Assembly: GCA_017535945.1 (NCBI GenBank)
Contig: JAFXTJ010000007.1
Coordinates: 1,911-65,910 of the forward strand
Source of the DNA: Lachnospiraceae bacterium
GTDB taxonomy: Bacteria; Bacillota; Clostridia; Lachnospirales; Lachnospiraceae
DNA: 64,000 bases
Reading direction: 5' to 3'
A program made the position numbers and the translations under genes. Below the pieces are notes generated by a model. The model had not been told where the DNA came from. It worked only from the letters and a program-made list of their open reading frames with translations, and made no database searches. Positions 1 through 9,263 of this stretch are shown here, one piece after another; positions within the stretch are counted from its first letter, which is position 1, and every line of letters starts with the position of its first letter.

Positions 1-7
1 TGCCTGT

Positions 8-2074
8 TTGAACGATCATTCCTTACAAAACGCGAGAACCCATAATACCGTGATCGGCATCCTGACGGTCGCCAGCCTCGGCGCGATCTCGGGCAGTATC
101 TCACTCGGGTGGGAAAACTGGGTGACGCCGCTCATGATCATCGGCCTCATCGCCGCATGGATCCTGCATTTTTCCCAATACGGAGAGGAGAGGACCAGAG
201 AGAATTATTATCTGATCTTCACGATGCTGGTCTCGTTTTATCACGGAATCCACCGGTCCAGTTTCTTTGATATCGTCGTCGTATCCGCACTGATGATGGT
301 CAATGTGACGCTCCTTCGCCGCAAGGAATTCGTGGCGCTCATGCTGATCGAATTCTTCGCGCTCATGACGGAGCAGATTCTGGCCGGTGTCCGCATGGGC
401 ACGCTCACTCTCGATACGATGACCGTCGCACGGATCCTCCTGCATGTGGTTGCTGAGCTGTGCATCTACAAGGGACTGAGCGATGTGATCCGCAACAACC
501 GCAAGGATGCAGAGGAACTGGAGATCCTCCGGCAGGAAAAGGAGTCCGTCCGCAACGAAATGGAGGATTTCCTGGTCAACATCTCGCACGAGCTGCGTAC
601 GCCCGTCAATGTCATCAACGGGATGTCCGCGATGCTGCTTAACAGGGAAAACAGCAAGGATGTGCTTTCGATCAGGGAAGCCGGCATCCGTCTTTCCCGT
701 CAGATCGAGGACATTCAGGATTACAGCGAGATCCAGCGCGGGGATGTGCATCTGGAGGAGGAACGTTATCAGATCACGTCGGTGATCAATGATATCATCG
801 CGGATTACCGGGCGGCCGGGGCAGAGAGCGGCAAGGATTTTGTCATCGACCTGGATCCGGACGTGCCTGCGATCTTAAAAGGTGATGCGGGCAAGATCAG
901 CAAGATCATACGGCATCTTCTGGATAACGCATACAAGTTCACCGCACAGGGCGGCTTTATCCTCAAAGTGCGCGCTGACAGGAGAGAATACGGAATCAAT
1001 CTGATCATCGAAGTGACTGATACCGGTATCGGCATGAGCCGGGATGAGATCGACGGCATCGCGCGCGGGCTGTATCAGGGAGACAAGAAACGCAACCGCA
1101 AAACCGGCGGTGTCGGACTCGGGCTTTCCATTGTCTATGGCTTTGTACGCAGGATGAACGGGTTCGTCAATATCGAAAGCAGGCGCGGCAAAGGTACGAC
1201 CGTCAGGGTCTGCATCGCACAGGAGATCATCGATCCGGCACCCTGCCTGCACGTGGATGGGGAACGGTTCCTTAATGTCGCCGTGTATCTGGATCCCGAG
1301 AGGTTTGCGGTTCCGGAGGCTGCTGAATTCCACCGGCTTATGGCCGCGCATCTCGCTGCGGGTCTCAGGATCAATCTTTACTCCGCTCCGAATCTTTCGG
1401 AGCTTGGCAGACTCATGGAACATGAGGATATCACTCATGTTTTCACCAGTGAGGAGGACTATCTGAGATCGCCGGATCATTTCGAAGAACTGGCCAAAGG
1501 CGGTGTGACAGTTGCGGTGTCTGCCTGGGACGGATTCCAGCCGGCACCCGGAAGTCCTGTGATCACCATGCCGAGACCCCTGTGCTCCTGTACGGTCGTG
1601 CGGATCCTTTCCGGAGAGAACGAACCTTTCATTCTGCCCGAGGGCGAGGAGGAGAGAAGGATTGTCCTGGACGGCATCCGTGCACTTGTGGTGGATGATG
1701 AACCGATGAACCTGGTGGTGGCCGAGGGACTCTTCAGGGGCTATCATATGATCATCGATACGGCTGAGAGCGGCCCCCAGGCACTCAAAAAATACGCGCA
1801 CAATCAATATGATGTGGTCTTCATGGACCATATGATGCCGGGCATGGACGGGATAGAGGCTGCGGGCCGGATCCGCGAGATCGCCGCATCCCGCGGGAGG
1901 AGCGCGCGGATCGTGGCACTGACTGCCAATGCGGTGAGCGGTGCGCGGGAGATGTTCATGCGTGAGGGATTTGACGGTTTCATCAGCAAGCCGATCCGGA
2001 TCAGCGAATTTGAGAGGACGATGGGCAGATTATTCCCTGCCGGCGGATCCGTTCCGGCGAGGAGCGTCTCATGA
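8..2074 (+). CDS. Membrane-bound hybrid sensor histidine kinase (multi-TM, HisKA, HATPase_c, degenerate REC, REC); the start may lie upstream of the window edge
   Basis: H-box NISHELRTPVN, N-box HLLDNAYKFT, G1 DTGIGM, G2 GGVGLGLSI; C-terminal receiver LVVDDE...FMDHMMPGMDG...LTAN...ISKP; about 5 hydrophobic N-terminal segments. Confidence 0.93.
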   Translation: MNDHSLQNARTHNTVIGILTVASLGAISGSISLGWENWVTPLMIIGLIAAWILHFSQYGEERTRENYYLIFTMLVSFYHGIHRSSFFDIVVVSALMMVNVTLLRRKEFVALMLIEFFALMTEQILAGVRMGTLTLDTMTVARILLHVVAELCIYKGLSDVIRNNRKDAEELEILRQEKESVRNEMEDFLVNISHELRTPVNVINGMSAMLLNRENSKDVLSIREAGIRLSRQIEDIQDYSEIQRGDVHLEEERYQITSVINDIIADYRAAGAESGKDFVIDLDPDVPAILKGDAGKISKIIRHLLDNAYKFTAQGGFILKVRADRREYGINLIIEVTDTGIGMSRDEIDGIARGLYQGDKKRNRKTGGVGLGLSIVYGFVRRMNGFVNIESRRGKGTTVRVCIAQEIIDPAPCLHVDGERFLNVAVYLDPERFAVPEAAEFHRLMAAHLAAGLRINLYSAPNLSELGRLMEHEDITHVFTSEEDYLRSPDHFEELAKGGVTVAVSAWDGFQPAPGSPVITMPRPLCSCTVVRILSGENEPFILPEGEEERRIVLDGIRALVVDDEPMNLVVAEGLFRGYHMIIDTAESGPQALKKYAHNQYDVVFMDHMMPGMDGIEAAGRIREIAASRGRSARIVALTANAVSGAREMFMREGFDGFISKPIRISEFERTMGRLFPAGGSVPARSVS

Positions 2075-5000
2075 AGTTCTACACGCGGTTAAAGACTCTG
2101 ATCCTTGATCCGGCCCGGAATTTCAGGGAGCGGCTATTTATCCTGCTGACGCTCGTCGCTGTCATGATCGCCGGGATCGCGCTGCTCGGCGATATCCTCT
2201 ACGGCGAGAATATCGTTGAGATCATCACCCTGATCGCTACCGTGATCATCGTACCGTTATTGACCTATATCGGCTTAAAATGCGACCGGACGCGCTACGC
2301 TGCCAGAACGATCGCATTCAGCAACAGCCTCTTCATCATGCCGGTCATATTCTTTTTCGGCGGCGGTATGCAGGGCGGTGCGATCCCCTGGCTGGTTTTC
2401 TCCTATCTTTACATCGGCCTCGTGCTCGCAGGCAGGTGGCGTGCCTCTGCACTGCTTGTTCATACGCTGGTAGTTTCGATCTCGTTCACTCTCGGATATC
2501 TCCATCCGGAACTGGTGCATCCGCATTCCGAAAGACTGTTCTATTTCGATGCACTGGGAGGCGTGCTGGAAGTCGGACTGGCCTGCGTGATCATGACCTG
2601 GTTCCAGAGTTTTCTGTATATGCAGGAGAATGAGCGCGTCAAAGGGGAAACGCGCAAGGTCGAGGATCTCTACCGTTCGCAGAACAGATTCTTCTCGAGC
2701 ATGAGTCATGAGTTCAGGACACCGATCAATTCCATTCTGGGACTAAATGAGATCATCATCCGTCAGGAGGATGCATCGGAGGAGATCGTACGCGATGCGC
2801 GGAATATCCAGGGCGCCGGCCGGATGCTGCTTGCCCTGATCAACGATATCCTGGATTTCTCCAAGATCGAAGCGGGACGGATGGACATCGTGCCTGTCAA
2901 CTACAGTGTGGCATCGATGGTCTCCGACATCGTCAATATGATCTGGCTTCGCGCGGACCAGAAGGGGCTTGATCTAATAGTTGAGGTGGATCCGTCCATC
3001 CCGTCGGAGCTCTTCGGCGATGAGGTCCGCATCAAGCAGATCCTGATCAACCTGCTCAACAATGCGGTGAAATATACGACAGAGGGATCCGTCACGCTCC
3101 ATATCGAAAAAGAAGATATCAGGGACGACCGGGTCCTGCTGATGTTCTCCGTTATCGATACGGGAGCCGGGATCAAGCAGGATTCCCTGCCGTATCTGTT
3201 TGACGCATTCCGGCGTGTGGATGAAGAGAACAATACCGGGATCGAGGGGACCGGACTGGGACTTTCCATCGTGAAGCAGCTCGTTGAACTGATGGACGGC
3301 AAGGTCACGGTCAACAGCGTCTACACACAGGGCTCCACCTTTATGGTCACACTCTGGCAGAAGATCGCCCGTTTTGATCCCGTCGGGGAGATCCGGGTCA
3401 CCGGCGCGGGCGGATCCGTCAGGGAGGAAAGATACCATGCGGGGTTCACCGCTCCCGATGCAAGGATCCTGATCGTGGATGACAACGAGATGAATCTCGA
3501 GGTCGAGAAGAAACTTTTACGTGAGACCCGGATCGCTGTGGATACGGTATCCGGCGGTGAAGAAGCGCTCTCCATGACAGGATACGTGCGTTATGATCTG
3601 ATCCTGATGGATCATCTGATGCCGGGAATGGACGGGATCACCTGCATGCAGCAGATCCGCAAGCGGGAGGACAGTCTCAACGCCCATGTGCCGATCGTCG
3701 TGCTGACGGCAAATGCGGGCAGCGAGAACCGGGAGCTCTACGGCAACAGCGGATTTGACGGTTATCTCGTAAAACCGGTGACCGGGCTGCAACTCGAAGA
3801 GTGTATCCTGAATCATCTTCCGGTCTCCAAGGTGAACCGGACGGAAGAAGCACAGAAGGACGTACACAGATTAATTACCGCCGGCAGTTACATCCGCAAG
3901 ATCCCGGTGCTCATTGTCACGAATACGGCGGCAGAACTGCCGGCAGAGGTGCTGGAAGCACACGGGATCGATGTCATCCCCTTCAATATCCATCTGGGGG
4001 ATAAAGTCTATCATGACTCCATGGAGACCAACACGGAGGAGCTGATACGCTACGCGGCCGCGGGAATGCAGATGTATGCCGATGCTCCAGCAGTCTCTGA
4101 ATTCGAGGTCTTCTTCGGGCGTGCGCTGAAAAAGGCGCACAATATCATCTACATCACGGCATCCGCCGCCATCAGCCCCGAATATGACAAAGCGGTCTCG
4201 GCGGCAAAGGCTTACGGGAACGTGCTTGTCTATGATTCGGGTGCCAGCTCCGCCAGCATCGGTCTGATGGCGCTTTTTGCGAATAAACTCAGTTCCCAGG
4301 GCAGATCTCCGGAACGGATCATCGTCGAACTGGATCATATGAAAAAGCGGCTGCACAGCAGTTTCATGACGGACGGCTCCTATTTCGCCCAGAGCAGGAG
4401 CAGGAGGGATACGGGGATCTACAATCTCATGCAGCTGTTCAGCGTCCGCCCCATCATCGGGATCCATGGCGGCAGATACCGCATGGAGCGGATCGTCATG
4501 GGCGAGCAGAAACGCTGTTACGAGAAATATATCGATCAGGCGCTGCCTGTTTATGTACAGCCGGATCCGGATCTGCTCATCGTCGTCTATGTGGGGCTTA
4601 CGGACGGGCAGAAGGAATTCATCAGAGAGCGGATCGCAAAAAGATGCGCTTTCCGTTCGGTGGTGTTCTTAAAGGCCTGCGGCGCCTTTGCGATGAACTG
4701 CGGGCCCGGTTCCGTCGGACTCGTCTATTCCGAAGCCGGAGATCAGGAGTATCATCTGAGCAGCATGTTCCGCATTCTGGAGGACGAGGATACCGGCACG
4801 AAGCCCGGGGAGCCGGATGACACAGCGGGGAGTGCGCAGCCTGCTCCGCCGCGCGATCCGGAACGGATCCCTGTCGAGGAAAAGAAGTGGTATGAGACGA
4901 TACCGGGCATCAACGGCAGGCAGGGTATCGAATACAGCGGTTCAGAGGAGGCCTATCGGGAACTGCTGCAGATCTTCTGCGGATCTGTCGGACAGAAGCA

Positions 5001-5511
5001 GGCGGAGATCGAGGGATACTATACCGCGGAGGACTGGGAGAACTATACGATCAAGGTCCATGCGCTCAAGAGTTCCGCGCGTCTGGCCGGAGCCGAACAG
5101 CTCGCAAAGGAAGCGCAGGCGCTGGAGGATGCCGGTAATGCGGCGGATATCGCGTACATCAGGTCTCATCACGCCGGAGTCATGTCAGGGCTTGCCGAAC
5201 TGGCGGGCAGACTCTCTCCGCTGTTTGCACAGGATGCGGGCGGGACCTCCACGGAGGACGTTACCGCGGCGAAACACCGGATCGATCTCTCCGATGCGTT
5301 TGACCGGGAACTGATCGGCTGCCTGTATGAGGTCCTGAGGAACGGGGCGTCCGAAAAAGACGGGGCTGTCATCGAAGAAGCCCTGCATGAGATCGGCGAA
5401 TATGAACTGCCTCCGGAGATGGCAGAGTTTATCACGGATATCAGGGAAAAATATGCGGCAGAGGATTATGACGGGATCCGGTCCCTGATCGACGGGAGAG
5501 ACGCCCTATGA
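2071..5511 (+). CDS. Hybrid sensor histidine kinase with TM region, HisKA, HATPase_c, REC, an inserted DegV (FakB-like) domain and Hpt
   Basis: SMSHEFRTPIN, NLLNNAVKYT, DTGAGI, GTGLGLSI; REC LIVDDN...LMDHLMPGMDG; DegV-like block at about 3898-4731 (IVTNTAAELP...IDVIPFNI...YDSGASSASIG...NCGPGSVGLVY); Hpt IKVHALKSSARLAGA; ATGA overlap with the upstream kinase. Confidence 0.9.
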   Translation: MKFYTRLKTLILDPARNFRERLFILLTLVAVMIAGIALLGDILYGENIVEIITLIATVIIVPLLTYIGLKCDRTRYAARTIAFSNSLFIMPVIFFFGGGMQGGAIPWLVFSYLYIGLVLAGRWRASALLVHTLVVSISFTLGYLHPELVHPHSERLFYFDALGGVLEVGLACVIMTWFQSFLYMQENERVKGETRKVEDLYRSQNRFFSSMSHEFRTPINSILGLNEIIIRQEDASEEIVRDARNIQGAGRMLLALINDILDFSKIEAGRMDIVPVNYSVASMVSDIVNMIWLRADQKGLDLIVEVDPSIPSELFGDEVRIKQILINLLNNAVKYTTEGSVTLHIEKEDIRDDRVLLMFSVIDTGAGIKQDSLPYLFDAFRRVDEENNTGIEGTGLGLSIVKQLVELMDGKVTVNSVYTQGSTFMVTLWQKIARFDPVGEIRVTGAGGSVREERYHAGFTAPDARILIVDDNEMNLEVEKKLLRETRIAVDTVSGGEEALSMTGYVRYDLILMDHLMPGMDGITCMQQIRKREDSLNAHVPIVVLTANAGSENRELYGNSGFDGYLVKPVTGLQLEECILNHLPVSKVNRTEEAQKDVHRLITAGSYIRKIPVLIVTNTAAELPAEVLEAHGIDVIPFNIHLGDKVYHDSMETNTEELIRYAAAGMQMYADAPAVSEFEVFFGRALKKAHNIIYITASAAISPEYDKAVSAAKAYGNVLVYDSGASSASIGLMALFANKLSSQGRSPERIIVELDHMKKRLHSSFMTDGSYFAQSRSRRDTGIYNLMQLFSVRPIIGIHGGRYRMERIVMGEQKRCYEKYIDQALPVYVQPDPDLLIVVYVGLTDGQKEFIRERIAKRCAFRSVVFLKACGAFAMNCGPGSVGLVYSEAGDQEYHLSSMFRILEDEDTGTKPGEPDDTAGSAQPAPPRDPERIPVEEKKWYETIPGINGRQGIEYSGSEEAYRELLQIFCGSVGQKQAEIEGYYTAEDWENYTIKVHALKSSARLAGAEQLAKEAQALEDAGNAADIAYIRSHHAGVMSGLAELAGRLSPLFAQDAGGTSTEDVTAAKHRIDLSDAFDRELIGCLYEVLRNGASEKDGAVIEEALHEIGEYELPPEMAEFITDIREKYAAEDYDGIRSLIDGRDAL

Positions 5512-5617
5512 AGAAGGGAAACACGGTATGCCAATGAGCCCATGCGCAGGGATACGGTGAAAGATGAAAACACTGCGCAAACAGAATAATTTTTGTCATA
5601 GTTTTTCGTCAGAAATA

Positions 5618-5626
5618 TGTTATAAT
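5618..5626 (+). promoter_or_regulatory. Extended -10 promoter (TGnTATAAT) for degV
   Basis: tgttataat in an AT-rich intergenic region; RBS aggaaggag precedes ATG 5668. Confidence 0.6.
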
Positions 5627-5667
5627 TTCTAAATGGTTTCAGAGTTTGCATCAAGGAAGGAGCAGAC

Positions 5668-6522
5668 ATGGTCAAGGTGATCTCAGACAGTACCAGCGAT
5701 CTCGGCAGGAGCCTGATGGACCGGTATGATGTGGAGATGATCCCGCTGCATGTGTATCTGGGTGAGGAAGAATATCTGGACGGAGTGAACATATCCCCGG
5801 ATCAGATCTACAGATGGGCGGATGAACATAACACGACTCCCAAGACCTCCGCACCGAATCTGGAGGATGTGATCGGTGTGTTTGACAGTCATTTAAAGGC
5901 CGGCGACGATCTGATCGTGTTTACGGTCTCCTCCTCCATGAGTTCCAGTTACAATGTCTGCCGTCTGGCGGTGGAGGAACTGGAGGCCGCGGACAGGATA
6001 AAGATCATCGATTCCGCCAATCTCTCGACCGGTGTCGGTCTGCTTGTCATAGAAGCTGCCATTATGGCTTCGAAAGGGCAGGATCTCGGAGCAATCGAGG
6101 AGCAGATCCTGAAATACCGTCCGCTCGTCCGGGCGAGTTTCGTCGTTGATACGCTGGTCTATCTCTACCGCGGCGGACGCTGCTCCGGACTGGCAGCCCT
6201 TGCTGGAAGCGCGTTGAAGATCCATCCCAGGATCGTCGTGGAGAACGGAGCGATGCGCTCCGACCGGAAATACCGCGGATCTCTGGACAAATCGATCCTA
6301 ACCTATGTACAGGACATGGAGGAGCAGCTGGTACGCGCCAAGAAGGACCGCGTCTTTATCACGCACTCCGGGTGCGAATCCCATATCGTTGATCAGGTAC
6401 GCGCCTATCTCTCCGGACTGGAGCGCTTTGACGAGATCATTGAGACGCGTGCGGGCGGTGTCATCTCTTCGCACTGCGGTCCCGCGACACTGGGCGTTCT
6501 GTTCATCGCCGGGGAAGACTGA
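5668..6522 (+). CDS. DegV family fatty-acid-binding protein (FakB-like)
   Basis: KVISDSTSDL, PKTSAP, SSSMSSSY, IDSANLSTG, LYRGGR, SHCGP motifs. Confidence 0.95.
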   Translation: MVKVISDSTSDLGRSLMDRYDVEMIPLHVYLGEEEYLDGVNISPDQIYRWADEHNTTPKTSAPNLEDVIGVFDSHLKAGDDLIVFTVSSSMSSSYNVCRLAVEELEAADRIKIIDSANLSTGVGLLVIEAAIMASKGQDLGAIEEQILKYRPLVRASFVVDTLVYLYRGGRCSGLAALAGSALKIHPRIVVENGAMRSDRKYRGSLDKSILTYVQDMEEQLVRAKKDRVFITHSGCESHIVDQVRAYLSGLERFDEIIETRAGGVISSHCGPATLGVLFIAGED

Positions 6523-6527
6523 TACAC

Positions 6528-6893
6528 ATGGCGACCGACGAGACAACACAGATCATCATCGACAATGCGGCTGCGGCGGATGAGTCCGTCTACATGAAGT
6601 ACAAGCAGCTGAAGAAGGTGAACAAAGCGAAGCTGACTTCTTATCTGGAGCGGCTGATCGAACTGCAGCAGGTCGAGGATGAACTCTCTGAGGATCTCTC
6701 CGAAAGAAAACGGCGCCATGAGGAGGCCATGCTGGAAGCGATCAATGCCATGGGAGATGAGGTGGCCTGCTCTTTCTGCGGCAAGAAGAAATCCGAGGGC
6801 ACCAATATCGTCACATCACCGGCCGGCGCCTGCATCTGCGAGGAGTGTGTCGCTCTCTGCGGCGACATCTTCGCGGGACGCGCGCGGCGATAA
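6528..6893 (+). CDS. Small protein with a coiled coil and a ClpX-type C4 zinc-binding domain
   Basis: CSFCGKKKSEGTNIVTSPAGACICEECVALC matches the ClpX N-terminal zinc-finger pattern; no ATPase domain. Confidence 0.8.
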   Translation: MATDETTQIIIDNAAAADESVYMKYKQLKKVNKAKLTSYLERLIELQQVEDELSEDLSERKRRHEEAMLEAINAMGDEVACSFCGKKKSEGTNIVTSPAGACICEECVALCGDIFAGRARR

Positions 6894-6902
6894 AGATCAT
6901 AC

Positions 6903-6948
6903 TGTCAAGAGAAAATACTTGACACCATACACACCCCTGTGGTATCGT
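6903..6948 (+). promoter_or_regulatory. Sigma-A promoter of ylxM-ffh with an overlapping palindrome
   Basis: TTGACA 6919-6924 and TGgTATCGT 6940-6948; inverted repeat TGTCAAG-N8-CTTGACA at 6903-6924. Confidence 0.7.
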
Positions 6949-6958
6949 AATCTCCGCT

Positions 6959-7303
6959 ATGGAGAAGAAGATCGAGCAGGGGCGTCTTTATGATTTCTAC
7001 GGAGATCTGCTGAAACCCCATCAGAAGAGGATCCTTGAGGCGGCGGTCTATGATGATCTGTCCCTTGCGGAGATCGCGGCCGAGGAGGGCATCTCGAGAC
7101 AGGGCGTCCACGATCTGATCCGCCGCGTGACGGACAATCTCCAGGAATATGAAGACAGTCTGCACATGATCACACGTTATGACAGGATCACGGCACATGC
7201 GATGCGCCTCAAGGAGATGGCGATGGAGCAGGACGGGATCAGTGAACAGGCGGCGAGCACCTTATACTCCATTGCGGATGATATCCTGCGGGATCTGGTA
7301 TAG
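6959..7303 (+). CDS. ylxM: YlxM/UPF0122 HTH protein, SRP-associated
   Basis: LYDFYGDLL...DDLSLAEIA...ISRQGVHDLIRR; immediately upstream of ffh. Confidence 0.93.
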   Translation: MEKKIEQGRLYDFYGDLLKPHQKRILEAAVYDDLSLAEIAAEEGISRQGVHDLIRRVTDNLQEYEDSLHMITRYDRITAHAMRLKEMAMEQDGISEQAASTLYSIADDILRDLV

Positions 7304-7305
7304 AG

Positions 7306-8700
7306 ATGGCATTTGAATCGTTAACGGACAAACTGACAGGCGCGTTCAAAAACCTCCGGGGCAAGGGGAAACTCACCGAAGAGGATGTGAAGGGCGCGCT
7401 CAAAGAGGTCAAGATGGCCCTCCTGGAAGCGGACGTGAGCTTCAAGGTCGTGAAGCAGTTCGTGAAGTCCGTGGAGGAACGGGCGGTCGGAGAGGAAGTC
7501 TTAAACGGTTTAAACCCCGCGCAGACCGTCATCAAGATCGTCAATGAGGAGATGACGAAGCTCATGGGCGGTGAGGTCACGGAGCTGACCTTAAACCCCG
7601 GCGGCAAGACCACGATCCTCATGATGTGCGGCCTGCAGGGTTCCGGTAAGACGACGTCCGCAGCCAAGATCGCTTCAAAGATCAAGAGCAAGGGCAAATC
7701 TCCGTTACTTGTCGCCGGTGACGTCTATCGTCCGGCCGCCATTGACCAGCTCAAAGTCAACGCGGAACGGGTCGGCGTAGCCTGCTTTTCCATGGGAACG
7801 GAGGTCTCTCCGGTGACGATCGCCAAAGAAGCGGTCGATTACGCGGAGAAGAACCATCACAATGTGATCATCATCGATACGGCGGGGCGTCTGCAGATCG
7901 ACGAGACGCTGATGCAGGAGCTGCAGGATATCAAGGCGGCGGTCCCGGTGGATCAGACGCTGCTCGTTGTGGATGCGATGACCGGTCAGGAAGCCGTCAA
8001 TGTGGCGGAGACCTTTAACGGGCAGATCGGCATAGACGGGATCGTTCTCTCCAAGCTCGATGGCGATTCCAGAGGCGGTGCGGCGCTTTCCGCCAGAGCC
8101 GTCACGGGGAAACCCATTCTCTTTGCGGGTATGGGGGAGAAACTGCAGGATCTCGAGCCTTTCTATCCGGACCGCATGGCGAGCCGGATCCTGGGCATGG
8201 GCGATGTGCTCACTCTCATCGACAAGGCCATGGAAGCGCAGGAGCAGGCCGATGAAGCCAAAGAGCGGGAGATGGCTGCCAAGCTCCGCAAGGGCACCAT
8301 GGATTTCAACATGTATCTGGAGAGCATGAAGCAGATGCGCAGCATGGGCGGCCTCGGCGGGATCCTCGGCATGCTGCCCGGCATGGGCAAGATCTCGGAC
8401 GAGGATCTGCCGGATGAGAAAGAGATGGCCCGCATGGAAGCGATCGTGCTGTCCATGACACCTAAGGAGCGCGAGAATCCAAAGCTCCTGACCCCGCAGC
8501 GGAAATACCGCATCGCCAAGGGCAGCGGCAATGACATCGCCGTGGTGAACCGCTTCATCAAGCAGTTCGAACAGGCCGGCAAGGTGATGAAGCAGATGGG
8601 CGGCATGCGCCGGGGCAGGCACGGCGGTTTCGGAGGTTTCGGCGGCATGGGGGGATTCGGCGGTTTCCCGAAGCCCGGCGGCCGGGGCAAGTATTTCTGA
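7306..8700 (+). CDS. ffh: Signal recognition particle protein Ffh
   Basis: MAFESLTDKL, GLQGSGKTT, DTAGR, SKLDGDSRGG, Met-rich M domain. Confidence 0.98.
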   Translation: MAFESLTDKLTGAFKNLRGKGKLTEEDVKGALKEVKMALLEADVSFKVVKQFVKSVEERAVGEEVLNGLNPAQTVIKIVNEEMTKLMGGEVTELTLNPGGKTTILMMCGLQGSGKTTSAAKIASKIKSKGKSPLLVAGDVYRPAAIDQLKVNAERVGVACFSMGTEVSPVTIAKEAVDYAEKNHHNVIIIDTAGRLQIDETLMQELQDIKAAVPVDQTLLVVDAMTGQEAVNVAETFNGQIGIDGIVLSKLDGDSRGGAALSARAVTGKPILFAGMGEKLQDLEPFYPDRMASRILGMGDVLTLIDKAMEAQEQADEAKEREMAAKLRKGTMDFNMYLESMKQMRSMGGLGGILGMLPGMGKISDEDLPDEKEMARMEAIVLSMTPKERENPKLLTPQRKYRIAKGSGNDIAVVNRFIKQFEQAGKVMKQMGGMRRGRHGGFGGFGGMGGFGGFPKPGGRGKYF

Positions 8701-8770
8701 GCTCACAATTGCATCCCGACGGATGCGTGAGGAGATACAAGTACACAGTTGTTGGAATGGAGGAAAAGAA

Positions 8771-9016
8771 ATGGTCAAGATCAGATTAAAGCGCATCGGC
8801 AAGAAGAAGACCCCTTACTATCGTGTGGTGGTCGCGGATTCTCATTTCCCGGTGCAGGGCAGAGCCATCGCGGATCTGGGCAGCTATGATCCCAACACCG
8901 ATCCCGCCAAGGTGCAGATCGATGTCGAGGAGGCGAAGAAGTGGCTGAACAACGGCGCACAGCCGACCGTTACCGCTGCAAAGGTCTTAAAGCAGGCCGG
9001 CGTGACCCGCGGCTAA
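8771..9016 (+). CDS. rpsP: 30S ribosomal protein S16
   Basis: MVKIRLKRIGKKKTPYYRVVVADS...GAQPT; RBS ggagg before ATG 8771 (the track start at 8723 is over-extended). Confidence 0.97.
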   Translation: MVKIRLKRIGKKKTPYYRVVVADSHFPVQGRAIADLGSYDPNTDPAKVQIDVEEAKKWLNNGAQPTVTAAKVLKQAGVTRG

Positions 9017-9026
9017 GGGGGTTGCG

Positions 9027-9254
9027 ATGAAGGAACTGGTGGAAGTGATCGCCAAAGCGCTGGTCGACGATCCCTCTCAGGTGGTAGTCGAGGAGAAGCG
9101 CGACGGCAAGAATATCGATCTGACGCTCCATGTGGCGCCGGATGATATGGGCAAGGTCATCGGCAAGCAGGGACGCATCGCCAAGGCGATCCGCTCGGTT
9201 GTCAAGGCCGCGTCCACGAGAGATCATCTGCGTGTGGATGTGGAGATCGTCTGA
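9027..9254 (+). CDS. khpA: KH-domain RNA-binding protein KhpA (YlqC)
   Basis: MKELVEVIAKALVD...DMGKVIGKQGRIAKAIR; canonical position after rpsP. Confidence 0.95.
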   Translation: MKELVEVIAKALVDDPSQVVVEEKRDGKNIDLTLHVAPDDMGKVIGKQGRIAKAIRSVVKAASTRDHLRVDVEIV

Positions 9255-9263
9255 CGGGTCCTG

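Noticed and set aside
8595-8697. Gly/Phe/Met repeats at the end of ffh
   Set aside because: A GM/GF-rich C-terminal tail is normal for Ffh
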